A stretch of 64,000 nucleotides of DNA from an uncultured delta proteobacterium (lineage in GTDB: Bacteria > Desulfobacterota > BSN033 > UBA1163): positions 64,001-128,000 of the forward strand of contig CAWHBU010000001.1 of NCBI GenBank assembly GCA_963827685.1, read 5' to 3'. The translations under genes and the position numbers were made by a program. The first letter of the stretch is position 1. Every line of letters begins with the position of its first letter. The notes beneath the pieces are model-generated. The model did not search any database and was not told the origin of the DNA. It saw nothing but the letters and a program-made list of their open reading frames with translations. Shown here one piece after another: positions 20,380 through 29,891 of the stretch.

Positions 20380-20430
20380 TAAACACCACCTTTCTGTTTA
20401 GAAAACCTAAGGATCTTATTCAGTTCATTT

Positions 20431-20817
20431 CTATTTTTTATCACCGATCAGGGGCAGTACTTTATCAACACGAAAATAGACAAGGTACCTAATCTCGTTT
20501 TGATAAACGTCGTAAACCGGACAGCTCTCCCTTCGGCGGATCTTGTCAATGAGGACTCTGTCCTTTTCTTCCTTAATTTTTGTTAGATAAAGTCTCTTGC
20601 CAGCATATCTTTCCTTGGATTCCATAAAAAGATAGGAAGCATAAGGATTTGACTGAAGATTCTTATGCATCAAACGGTCTGCCATGATAAACGCTACGGT
20701 TTTCTCATTAAGGAAATGAGGCCTTCCATAGACAGCCGTGCCCACTTTTCCTTTTGAATCTGAAGTAGCCATCACCCCTCGGCCTTTGGTTTTTTCAAAA
20801 TATTCGCTCAGTTTCAT
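20431..20817 (-). CDS. Pyridoxamine 5'-phosphate oxidase family FMN-binding protein
   Basis: GVMATSD, YGRPH, NLQSNPYA, LPLIG. Confidence 0.8.
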   Translation of the reverse strand: MKLSEYFEKTKGRGVMATSDSKGKVGTAVYGRPHFLNEKTVAFIMADRLMHKNLQSNPYASYLFMESKERYAGKRLYLTKIKEEKDRVLIDKIRRRESCPVYDVYQNEIRYLVYFRVDKVLPLIGDKK

Positions 20818-20958
20818 TTCTATGTCTACTTAAGATTATCTCAACCTAATTTTAATATAGTAACGACCCTACCAGAATGCAAATTAAGGAAACAGCCAGC
20901 TAACCAAATGATGACATCGTATTGGGTTGAATAGAAAAAAATGAATGGGGAAGGAATC

Positions 20959-21546
20959 TTAAGTGCTTCTTGGGGATGTGATTAAGTCCAAAAACTGTTT
21001 CAGGATCCGAGCGGTTGCTCCCCAGATGATATGTTTTCCATACTGATAGGTATAGACGACCTCCTTCTGACTACCTCGGAAGATCTCCTTTTCACTGGTA
21101 CAATTATCGCCGAGTAAGAACGACAGAGGCACTTCAATCAATTCCGCAATCTCCACCTCGCTTACCTTAAATGGATAAGGATAGGGGAAGAGACCAACAA
21201 TTGGGGTAACAATAAATTCGGTAATTGTCACAATATCATCTAATACCCCAATGATCTGAACATCACTCTCCCTGAGCCCGATCTCCTCAAAAGCCTCCCG
21301 GAGTGCCGTATTGATCAATTCCGAATCTTCTTCATCAACGACCCCTCCGGGGAAGGAGATCTCGCCTTTGTGATACCTGACCTGATCAGATCTCTTGGTG
21401 AAGAGAAGGTGACAATCCTCTGCCTTCTTAAAAAGGGGGACAAGAACCGCCGCATGGGAAAATGGGGGATGTTCAATCACCCTTCTCTGTCTTGAAGAGA
21501 GAGTGGTCCGTATCTGATCAATAAAATCTCTTTCGCAGTAGTTCAT
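20959..21546 (-). CDS. Nudix hydrolase, CoA pyrophosphatase type
   Basis: AAVLVPL, HKGEISFPGG, TALREAFEEIGL, IWGATA. Confidence 0.92.
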   Translation of the reverse strand: MNYCERDFIDQIRTTLSSRQRRVIEHPPFSHAAVLVPLFKKAEDCHLLFTKRSDQVRYHKGEISFPGGVVDEEDSELINTALREAFEEIGLRESDVQIIGVLDDIVTITEFIVTPIVGLFPYPYPFKVSEVEIAELIEVPLSFLLGDNCTSEKEIFRGSQKEVVYTYQYGKHIIWGATARILKQFLDLITSPRST

Positions 21547-21625
21547 GTCAAAATGTAGCGTCGGCATTGATTGCCGACGGGTCTTTCATCGTCCTCAGTA
21601 AATGAGGGCGCTACAATGTGGTTAT

Positions 21626-22186
21626 CTAAAGTTCTTTTAGAAACTCATCAAGGGTCATAATCTTTAATAAAGGATAGAGGGCAAAATCTCGATAGAGGTT
21701 GAGGCATCCTTGATGAAATTCTTTGTTTCGGCTGGCTGAGCAATCTTCTAAAAGAATGGCTGAAAAATCGTGACTTAGGCCATCCATCGCCGTCATCAAT
21801 ACACAGACCTCAGTTGTAATGCCTGTCACGATGATCGTGTCCACACCGAGGACTCGAAGCGTCTGGTCCAGGTCGGTTTTGAAGAAAGCACTAAACCGCC
21901 TCTTGGGTAAAATAATATCTGTCGGCTCCGGCCTTAAAGCATCTACAACCTCCGCACCTTCTGTTCCCCGGAGGGAATGGACTTTCATCTTTCCTCTAAA
22001 AATGAAATCCCCTTCCAGAAAACTGTCGCAGGCAAAGACGATGGGAAATCCCCTTTTTCGGCCCTCTTTTAAGAGTCTCTGAAGATTTGGTATGATGGCC
22101 ATTCCCTCTTGATAGTACGGGTTCCGAGAACTTTCCTTCAAATTATCTTTCAACATGTCCACGACAATGATTGCCGGTTTCATCAA
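21626..22186 (-). CDS. Isochorismatase-family cysteine hydrolase
   Basis: VVDMLKD, KRRFSAF, GITTEVCV. Confidence 0.9.
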   Translation of the reverse strand: MMKPAIIVVDMLKDNLKESSRNPYYQEGMAIIPNLQRLLKEGRKRGFPIVFACDSFLEGDFIFRGKMKVHSLRGTEGAEVVDALRPEPTDIILPKRRFSAFFKTDLDQTLRVLGVDTIIVTGITTEVCVLMTAMDGLSHDFSAILLEDCSASRNKEFHQGCLNLYRDFALYPLLKIMTLDEFLKEL

Positions 22187-22271
22187 TTCTCCTTAATATA
22201 AAATAACGTGACTGTGTCCGTGCCTGCGCGCTGTAGCGCTTCGGCGCGCAAGCGTGTCTCGTGTCCGAAAT

Positions 22272-23042
22272 TTACAATAGTCTATATACGCGGAGGGCAT
22301 TTTCTGTTGTTATCTCAGCAACCTTTTCAAAAGAAACCTTCTTGACCTCTGCCACTTTTTGTGCCGTATATCGAATATAACTTGGTTCATTCCTCTTCCC
22401 TCGATAAGGGACAGGGGTTAGGAAGGGAGCATCTGTTTCGACGAGAAGCGATTCCAACGGAATTCTCTCGACGATCTCCCTAAAACGCTCTGCATTCTTA
22501 AAAGTGATGCTTCCCGGAATCGAGATATAGAATCCCATGTCCATGCAGACCTTCGCCATCTCATAATCCCCAGAAAAACAGTGGATGATCCCTCCGCATT
22601 CCTCAGCCTTTTCAGATTTCAAAACCTCCAGCGCCTGCTGATGCGCCTCCCGATCGTGAACCACAATGGGTAGCCCTAACTCCTTGGCTAAACCGATCTG
22701 TTCTCTGAATCTCTTCAATTGGATGTCTCGTGGCGAGAGGTTTCTGAAAAAATCCAGGCCAATCTCACCATAGGCCTTCACTTTTCCATTTTGGCAGAGT
22801 TCTTTGAGCATCGGATAGGTCTGGTCATCGATCTCCTTTGCATTGTGGGGATGAACCCCCAAAATGGCATAGACCGAAGGGTGTGAATCGGCAATCTCAA
22901 GGGCCCTCTTCCAATCCTTCTTCTCCGTTCCAACCGTGAAGATATATTCCACTCCTGATGCTTTCGCCCTCTGGATCACTGCCTCCAGATCCTTCTTGAA
23001 CTCTGGCATTTCTAAATGGGCATGGGAATCAATGAGCATCAT
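22272..23042 (-). CDS. tatD: TatD family hydrolase
   Basis: IDSHAH, GVHPH, GEIGLD, HCFSG, ETDAPFL. Confidence 0.95.
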   Translation of the reverse strand: MMLIDSHAHLEMPEFKKDLEAVIQRAKASGVEYIFTVGTEKKDWKRALEIADSHPSVYAILGVHPHNAKEIDDQTYPMLKELCQNGKVKAYGEIGLDFFRNLSPRDIQLKRFREQIGLAKELGLPIVVHDREAHQQALEVLKSEKAEECGGIIHCFSGDYEMAKVCMDMGFYISIPGSITFKNAERFREIVERIPLESLLVETDAPFLTPVPYRGKRNEPSYIRYTAQKVAEVKKVSFEKVAEITTENALRVYRLL

Positions 23043-23175
23043 GCTTTTGTAAAAATAACGCGACCGTGTCCGTGTTACGTGTCCGTTTAAACTGAAATTT
23101 AAATTTATTTCATGACTGTTGAGGAAAAAATTTCAAATCCCCCATTCTCCCTTTGATAAAGGGGGTAAGGGCGGA

Positions 23176-23733
23176 TTATTTCTTACTGCCGGTGATTTTC
23201 ACTTGATTGAAATAATCCACGAACGCTTTAGCGACCTCTTTTGATCGAACAAGAATAGAAGCCTCGTTGTTGTTGGTCAGGGCATAGTAAGTCCAATTCG
23301 TGCTGCCCAGAAGGCTGAGCTGTCCATCGACCACCATTAATTTAGCATGAGTGGTTTTAGAAAGAGAATCATAGATGACCTCCACCCCGCCTTCAGATAA
23401 GATCTTTCCCGTATGACGATTTCGTTTGGTCGTTCGATCCTCTCCCTCTTTTACTTCCAAGATCACCTCCACCTTCACACCTCGTTTCTTTGCGCTGATC
23501 AATTCTTTGATGAGAAGGTTTGAGGGAGTATTCGGATGCTCATCGTAGTACCCCATTTCAAACATCATCACCTGAAGGGAATGTCTGGCCTCTTGGATCA
23601 TTTTCTTTGCAGCGTGAAAGTATTGAGCATCCAACACCAACTGGACATCCTCTGCTGGAAGACTAAAAGCATATGGAGTGTAGAAAGTGGAAAGCAAAAA
23701 AAAGAATAAAACAGTTAAGATGATTTTTTTCAT
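23176..23733 (-). CDS. Secreted phospholipase D-family (Nuc-like) protein
   Basis: Signal peptide; single HAKLMVVD...GSTNW (HKD) motif. Confidence 0.88.
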   Translation of the reverse strand: MKKIILTVLFFFLLSTFYTPYAFSLPAEDVQLVLDAQYFHAAKKMIQEARHSLQVMMFEMGYYDEHPNTPSNLLIKELISAKKRGVKVEVILEVKEGEDRTTKRNRHTGKILSEGGVEVIYDSLSKTTHAKLMVVDGQLSLLGSTNWTYYALTNNNEASILVRSKEVAKAFVDYFNQVKITGSKK

Positions 23734-23750
23734 TTCATCATACGCCAATA

Positions 23751-24752
23751 TTACAACAATTCCCCCTCCCCTTTTTCCCCTCCCACCAAGGGAGGGGAGG
23801 TTATGGATTGACTGGCGCGCCGGAGACGGTCCATGATCGCCCGGCCTAATCCAATTTCCGGAATAGGCTTGGCCACAATGAGATCTAAATTCAACGCATC
23901 CAGCCGCCGGATGGCTGCAAACAAATTGGCCGCTGCTTCTCTGAGATCCCCTTTCGTTGAAAGAACCTCTACAGAATGGAATTTAAGATTATTCTTGGGT
24001 TCCTGCAGGACCAACAAACCAATATTTTTATCTTTATAGAGATCGAGGCTCTTCTCACTCCAATCGAGAACGATTGGTGTTCGAGGAGCGTAGTGCTTCG
24101 GCAACATTCCAGGGGCAGAGGGTCTTTCTTCGATGGGGCTGATCTCAACCTCCCCAATGACGGATTCGATCTCCTCCAGCGATACCCCACCCGGCCTTAA
24201 CAACCTGGGCTTCTCTTCTAAAAAAGAGAGGATGGTAGATTCTACTCCCACGGGACAGGGTCCTCCGTCCAGAATGAGATCAACCTGGTCACCCAGTTGA
24301 TCTCGAACATGCTCAGCCGTTGTCGGGCTCAAATAGCCGAAGGGATTGGCACTCGGTGCGGCAATGGGACATTTGCATTCTTTGATCAAAGCGAGAGCCA
24401 TGGGATGATTGGGCATACGAATGGCTACCGTAGGAAGGCCGGCGCTCACAATATCAGGAATGTCTTCTTCCTTTAAAAGAACAACCGTGAGCGGCCCAGG
24501 CCAGAATCTTTCTATCAATTTCGTGGCGTTTGATGGAATTTCTTTGGCTAACTCTTCCACGTTGGATGGATTGGCGACATGAACGATCAAGGGGTCAAAA
24601 TAGGGCCTTCTTTTGACCTCAAAGATCCGAGCTACGGCAAGAGGATGAAACGCATCCGCTCCCAAACCATAAACCGTCTCCGTGGGAAAGGCAACAATCC
24701 CTCCCCTTCGGATGATCTCTGCGGCCCGGTGGATTGCCTGATTATCACTCAT
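23751..24752 (-). CDS. sua5: L-threonylcarbamoyladenylate synthase (Sua5 type)
   Basis: FPTETVYGLGA, PSAN, PGMLPKHYAP, C-terminal SUA5 domain. Confidence 0.95.
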   Translation of the reverse strand: MSDNQAIHRAAEIIRRGGIVAFPTETVYGLGADAFHPLAVARIFEVKRRPYFDPLIVHVANPSNVEELAKEIPSNATKLIERFWPGPLTVVLLKEEDIPDIVSAGLPTVAIRMPNHPMALALIKECKCPIAAPSANPFGYLSPTTAEHVRDQLGDQVDLILDGGPCPVGVESTILSFLEEKPRLLRPGGVSLEEIESVIGEVEISPIEERPSAPGMLPKHYAPRTPIVLDWSEKSLDLYKDKNIGLLVLQEPKNNLKFHSVEVLSTKGDLREAAANLFAAIRRLDALNLDLIVAKPIPEIGLGRAIMDRLRRASQSITSPPLVGGEKGEGELL

Positions 24753-24907
24753 TAGATTCTCACATGTTTAAGTCTAAGAATTTTCTTCTAAGAATTAGAA
24801 ACAAGTTCTCGCCAAAAAATCTCCCCTCCCCTCGGTTTCGAGTCGCAACGACTGGCGGGAGGGGACAAAGGGGAGGGGTAGCTAAGGAAAATTTCAAATA
24901 TGTTGGA

Positions 24908-25405
24908 CTATGGTTTTTTCTTTTTTATGGCTTTTGACTTTTCTGCAAAGGACCTCTTCATCTTAGATCTGAAATCCTCCAACTTTTTTGCCAAATCGGG
25001 GTATTTAATTGAAAGGATTTCACAGGCGAGATAGGCTGCATTCTTTGCGCCGTCAATTCCTACAGTGGCGACTGGAACTCCGGGGGGCATTTGGACCGTG
25101 GAGTAGAGGGCATCCGCACCATTGAGCGCCCCTGATTTGATGGGAACACCGATGACAGGGAGAGTGGTATGGCTGGCTAATGCTCCCGCAAGATGGGCTG
25201 CCATCCCGGCCCCTGCAATCAATACCTCGATTCCACGTTTCCTCGCTGTCTTGGCATAATGAGCTGTCTTTTCAGGGAGTCGATGGGCTGAGCTGATTTC
25301 GAATTCATAGGGAATACCCATCTCTTTTAAAACTTCTGCTGCCTTTTCCATGATCGGCAGATCGCTCTCACTTCCCATCAGAATTCCAACCAACGGCTTT
25401 TTCAT
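24908..25405 (-). CDS. purE: N5-carboxyaminoimidazole ribonucleotide mutase
   Basis: [30 protein letters not shown]. Confidence 0.96.
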   Translation of the reverse strand: MKKPLVGILMGSESDLPIMEKAAEVLKEMGIPYEFEISSAHRLPEKTAHYAKTARKRGIEVLIAGAGMAAHLAGALASHTTLPVIGVPIKSGALNGADALYSTVQMPPGVPVATVGIDGAKNAAYLACEILSIKYPDLAKKLEDFRSKMKRSFAEKSKAIKKKKP

Positions 25406-25497
25406 AAAAACCCCCTCCCCCATCACCCCTTGCCTCTCCTCCAAGGGGGATGGATGGGTGATGGGAAATTCGAATATCAAAATTCGAAATCCGAAAC

Positions 25498-26825
25498 CAG
25501 TACTGTCCGGTTAAGGATTTTTAAAAACTGACAATGTTAAACAATGTTAATAGGATAAACATAACAATGACCGTTTTCGATTTCAGATCGTCTGCTTTTA
25601 TTGGCCATAATACTTCCATCTCAGAGTGGAAAGGAATGGTCAATGCACTGTGGACGAATGATCTTTTCACAACTCATAAACTTTCTGCCCAAACACGAAT
25701 TCAACAAGTGTGTGCGAAGATACCAAGGCAATTACCGAGTCCGAAGATTTTCCTGTTTCGATCAATTTCTCTGCATGGCCTTCGCCCAGCTTACTTACCG
25801 AGAAAGTCTTCGCGAGACCGAAACGTGCTTGCGCGCCTTGCAGTCCAAACTCTACCATGTAGGGATTCGGAGCAAAGTCGCTCGAAGCACCCTGGCCGAA
25901 GCCAACGAAAACAGAGACTGGCGGATCTACGCCGATTTTGCTCAAGTGCTGATCCGAAGAGCAAGGTACCTGTATGCCAAAGAAGATTTCGGCGTGCTCT
26001 TGGATCAAGCCGCCTATGCCTTCGATTCGACGACGATCGATCTCTGTCTCTCGCTTTTTCCTTGGGCCCATTTTCGCAAACGCAAAGGCGCCATCAAACT
26101 CCATACGCTGATGGACCTCCATGGCAGTATCCCCTGCTTTATCCGCGTTACCGAAGGCAATGTTCACGACGTCAATCTCCTCGACCAATTGATCTTAGAG
26201 CCTGGCTCTTTTTACATTATGGATCGCGGCTATATCGATTTTGCCCGCCTGTATGTGTTCGCCCTCCATTCAGCCTTCTTTATCATTCGCGCCAAGAGAA
26301 ATCTCGATTGCACTCGTCGAAGCTACCGCCTCGTCGACAAAACCACGGGACTCCGAAGCGATCAAACGATTCTTCTCAATGGCCCAAAGACCTCCCAGGA
26401 ATATCCCGATCCCCTTCGCCGGATCAGCTATTTCGATATCGTAACGTCCAAACGATTCGTATTCCTGACAAACAATTTTATGCTCAACCCTCTGACCATT
26501 ACCCAACTGTACAAATGCCGCTGGCAGGTGGAACTCTTCTTCAAGTGGATCAAACAGCACCTTCGAATCAAATCCTTTTATGGAACCTCCGAGAATGCAG
26601 TGAAAACCCAAATCTGGATTGCAATAAGTATTTATGTTCTCTCCGCTATTATCAAGAAAGAATTGAAACTCGACCGAAGTCTCAACGAAATCCTGCAAAT
26701 CTTGAGCATCACTTTATTCGAGAAAAACCCCATTTATCAGGTGCTTTCAGGTTTTTTTGATGATATTAAAAAACCCGATTTCTGTAACCAATTGTCTTTA
26801 TTCAATTCTTAACCGGACAGCACTG
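25498..26825 (+). mobile_element. Complete IS4-family element
   Basis: 18-bp TIRs CAGTACTGTCCGGTTAAG / CTTAACCGGACAGCACTG (one mismatch); 9-bp target duplication ATCCGAAAC at 25489-25497 and 26826-26834. Confidence 0.96.
25643..26812 (+). CDS. IS4-family transposase (DUF4372 + DDE)
   Basis: FDSTTIDL, MDRGY, YKCRWQVELFFKWIKQ (YREK). Confidence 0.96.
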   Translation: MHCGRMIFSQLINFLPKHEFNKCVRRYQGNYRVRRFSCFDQFLCMAFAQLTYRESLRETETCLRALQSKLYHVGIRSKVARSTLAEANENRDWRIYADFAQVLIRRARYLYAKEDFGVLLDQAAYAFDSTTIDLCLSLFPWAHFRKRKGAIKLHTLMDLHGSIPCFIRVTEGNVHDVNLLDQLILEPGSFYIMDRGYIDFARLYVFALHSAFFIIRAKRNLDCTRRSYRLVDKTTGLRSDQTILLNGPKTSQEYPDPLRRISYFDIVTSKRFVFLTNNFMLNPLTITQLYKCRWQVELFFKWIKQHLRIKSFYGTSENAVKTQIWIAISIYVLSAIIKKELKLDRSLNEILQILSITLFEKNPIYQVLSGFFDDIKKPDFCNQLSLFNS

Positions 26826-27079
26826 ATCCGAAACAATTACGAAATCCAAGTTTCTAAGTTCAAAAACTGTCTCTTTTTCTCTGGGACATTTGAAAATCCG
26901 AGCTTGTTTCGAATTTCGTGCTTCGGATTTCGAATTTCTTTCTCTAAACACTATCTTAAAAAATTACCAAGAAATCCACAAGAGAATAAGAAGCCCTCTC
27001 AAGAAGGAATTGAGAGGGCCCATTTAAAGATCATTAGCACAAAAAAATATAGGTTACAAGTGGACTATCGCTTATCTGC

Positions 27080-28027
27080 TTATTTTCTCTTTTTATGGCG
27101 ATCTCTATCGAAAGCCACCTGGTCTCCCTGTGATACAATGGTTGATTGGGGATTGAATAGATTGATGATAGGACGTAAGACAAAGAAGACCCCTTTGAAT
27201 AAAATCTTGATGAAGATGATTATAGGTACCAGAGCCCAATCAAAAAGTTCGTTGATATTGGCCATGCCCTCGGCCAGCCAATTGAAGATGGGCTGAAGGA
27301 TATGCAAGGGTTTGATGTGAGCATAAACCACAAACAAGACCAGGGTCCCGGCAGAGATCGTGAACTTCAAGGCGCTACTAAACTCAATACCCGCAAACTC
27401 ATCTAATAACAATTCTGTGCCGATATTGAAGACTACCAGGTAAGCCGCTGGTTTGAGGATGGGCTCCCTGAGAATCATCCATGTAAATATGCCCGCCGCA
27501 AAGCGCATGGTAATAATGCCGATCGCCACGCCAAACATGACGATGTAGAGATTATCAGAGAGTGCGACCACAGCCACCACATTATCAAGGGAAAAGGCCA
27601 AATCGGCTAACTCCACGGCTATGACCACGTTCCAGAAGCCTTTGCCTTCTACCCTCTTGGCTCTGGTTTGGTCTTCCTCACCGACTTCTGGTTCACCCAG
27701 ATTGTCAAAAGCGAGTTTGATGAGATAAGCGGCACCCAAAATCTTAAGATAATGGTTGTGGATGACGAAATTGGCCATAACAAGCATGAGACCACGACCC
27801 AGATAAGCTCCAAGGAGCCCTACCTTAAGGGCAGCAGAGCGTTGGCCGCCCAAGATACGGTGGACCGGAGGTCCGAGGAACTTGAGGGAACCGGGCCAAG
27901 GTACCATGTCCTTTGCCGGAAGCACAGACACCATAGCACCCAGGACAGCAGCGTTATCAATGGAGAGGATGCCCTCCAAGAAGATCACTTGGACAATGAT
28001 ATAAAGGAAATTCAAATCAAACTGCAT
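27080..28027 (-). CDS. TerC family membrane protein
   Basis: LEGILSIDNA, ADLAFSLDNV. Confidence 0.9.
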   Translation of the reverse strand: MQFDLNFLYIIVQVIFLEGILSIDNAAVLGAMVSVLPAKDMVPWPGSLKFLGPPVHRILGGQRSAALKVGLLGAYLGRGLMLVMANFVIHNHYLKILGAAYLIKLAFDNLGEPEVGEEDQTRAKRVEGKGFWNVVIAVELADLAFSLDNVVAVVALSDNLYIVMFGVAIGIITMRFAAGIFTWMILREPILKPAAYLVVFNIGTELLLDEFAGIEFSSALKFTISAGTLVLFVVYAHIKPLHILQPIFNWLAEGMANINELFDWALVPIIIFIKILFKGVFFVLRPIINLFNPQSTIVSQGDQVAFDRDRHKKRK

Positions 28028-28083
28028 TTGGCCTCAATCATCACTCATTGATTTCCAAATAGGATTTTTCTCCATGAATAAAA

Positions 28084-29223
28084 TTAGATAATCCCCATAC
28101 CTTTTAGAATCGAGAGCATCACGGCTGCTGCCATGACAGATCCGACCTGGCCACCTGTATTGGATCCCATGGCATGCATCAGGAGGTAATTTTGGGGATT
28201 GTATTTCTGGCCTTCCTTTTGGACTACTCTTGCGGACATCGGATAGGCTGAAATACCTGCAGCTCCGATGAGAGGATTAATCTTGCCGCCTGACAAAAAA
28301 TTCATCAATTTTCCAAACAGGACCCCACAGGCGGTATCGAGGCAGATGGCCAGAAAGCCCAGCCCAAGAATGATCAACGTCTGCGGTGTTATAAAGACCT
28401 TACCATCCATAGTGGCTCCAATGGAAATTCCCAAAAGGAGTGTGACGATGTTGGCAATCTCGTTTTCAGAAGCCTTGGTCAGCCGGCTCACTACTCCGCA
28501 CTCTTTCATCAAATTTCCCAGCATAACCGTTCCTAACAGGATTAACCCTTTGGGTGCAATGAGTCCTCCAATGACTGTAACGACTAAGGGGAAAAGGATC
28601 TTTGTCGTCTTTGAAGCAGATTTTCTCACCACTCCCATATTAATCATTCTCTCTTTTTTGGAAGTCAATAGTTTCATAATCGGAGGCTGGAAAACAGGAA
28701 CGAGAGACATGTAGGAATAGGCAGCCACGGAGACGGCACCTAAGAGGTGAGGAGCATACTTAGAGGTGACATAAATCGCAGTCGGTCCGTCACAGGCACC
28801 GATGATCCCGATAGAGACAGCTTCCAACTTTGTAAAATTCAAGGCCAGTGCTAAGGCCAATGTTAAAAAAATCCCGAATTGTCCTGCCGCTCCGAGAAGA
28901 AATATCTTCGGATTCTCCAGAAGAGGACCAAAATCGGTCATCGCACCAATGCCAACAAAGATGAGAAGCGGGAAAACCTCCGTGATAACCCCTGCATCGT
29001 AGATGATCTTGAGAAAGCCTCCTTCTTCCATAAGCCCCGCCAGTGGGATATTGACCAGGATGCACCCAAATCCTATCGGAACAAGGAGCAGGGGTTCGAA
29101 ATCTTTTTTGATCCCGAGATAGAGGAGAACGAGTCCCACTATAATCATAACCGGATTAGACCAGTGGAGGTTGACAAATCCTGCAACAAGTCCGTTCAAT
29201 CCGCCTAAAATCGCATCTAACAT
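28084..29223 (-). CDS. Na+-translocating decarboxylase beta subunit (OadB/GcdB family)
   Basis: EPLLLVPIGFG, GAMTDFGP, GACDGPT, AYSYMSLVP. Confidence 0.95.
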   Translation of the reverse strand: MLDAILGGLNGLVAGFVNLHWSNPVMIIVGLVLLYLGIKKDFEPLLLVPIGFGCILVNIPLAGLMEEGGFLKIIYDAGVITEVFPLLIFVGIGAMTDFGPLLENPKIFLLGAAGQFGIFLTLALALALNFTKLEAVSIGIIGACDGPTAIYVTSKYAPHLLGAVSVAAYSYMSLVPVFQPPIMKLLTSKKERMINMGVVRKSASKTTKILFPLVVTVIGGLIAPKGLILLGTVMLGNLMKECGVVSRLTKASENEIANIVTLLLGISIGATMDGKVFITPQTLIILGLGFLAICLDTACGVLFGKLMNFLSGGKINPLIGAAGISAYPMSARVVQKEGQKYNPQNYLLMHAMGSNTGGQVGSVMAAAVMLSILKGMGII

Positions 29224-29255
29224 GGTTGATCCCTCCTTTTCTTAACCTACTTTCC

Positions 29256-29396
29256 CTATTCCTCTTTTCTATAAGGGAAGAATTTTTTTAGAACACTCAT
29301 ACACAAGCTCAAAATCCAGAGTGTCAGGAGTGTACCCCCCATTCCGACAATGATCATTGTAATTCCAAATGTCCAATTATCCATCTTCATACTCAT
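29256..29396 (-). CDS. Na+-translocating decarboxylase small membrane subunit (OadG-like), 46 aa
   Basis: Manual translation MSMKMDNWTFGITMIIVGMGGTLLTLWILSLCMSVLKKFFPYRKEE; GGAGG RBS; directly upstream of the beta subunit; too short for the ORF track. Confidence 0.82.
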   Translation of the reverse strand: MSMKMDNWTFGITMIIVGMGGTLLTLWILSLCMSVLKKFFPYRKEE

Positions 29397-29463
29397 TTAC
29401 CTCCCGATAATGTATGAAAGAGTCATCATTTAACTCAGGAACCCCTTCCTTTGTAAAGGGCGA

Positions 29464-29766
29464 TTAAGACGAGAAAGGATGAAAGATAGGAGGGGGTCTC
29501 CAGAAAGGAGATGTCCCCCGAAAGTGGAAAAGCAAAATAGATAAAGGGCTCTTCAATTGAAAGAAAAATTTAACTCGATTGAAAAAATAAGGTGGGGGTT
29601 TCAGATCGAACCATACATTCTGATCGATAGAAGGATCGTTCATCTCTGATTTTACAACAAGGGAGTTCTCGCTAACGGACCGACCAATATCTATGGCCTG
29701 ATCCATCTGAAATAGAGGAAACCCCGAAAGCAAAAAAAGAATCAATAGGAATTGAATCCATTTCAT
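29464..29766 (-). CDS. Small signal-peptide protein ending in an RPPP motif
   Basis: Hydrophobic N-terminus; C-terminal FWRPPP. Confidence 0.55.
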   Translation of the reverse strand: MKWIQFLLILFLLSGFPLFQMDQAIDIGRSVSENSLVVKSEMNDPSIDQNVWFDLKPPPYFFNRVKFFFQLKSPLSILLFHFRGTSPFWRPPPIFHPFSS

Positions 29767-29891
29767 ATTTCGAGATCCGATATTTCCTAAATTGATTCAC
29801 CTTATACAACTTCCTTTTCAAAAAAGTCAACAGAAAAGGTGATTTATTTAACAAAGTGAAAAGAAAACAAATTTTCTATCATTTCTATAAG

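Noticed and set aside
25534-26760. 408-aa ORF overlapping the IS4 transposase
   Set aside because: Alternative-frame shadow; the DDE motifs are in the 25643-26812 frame.
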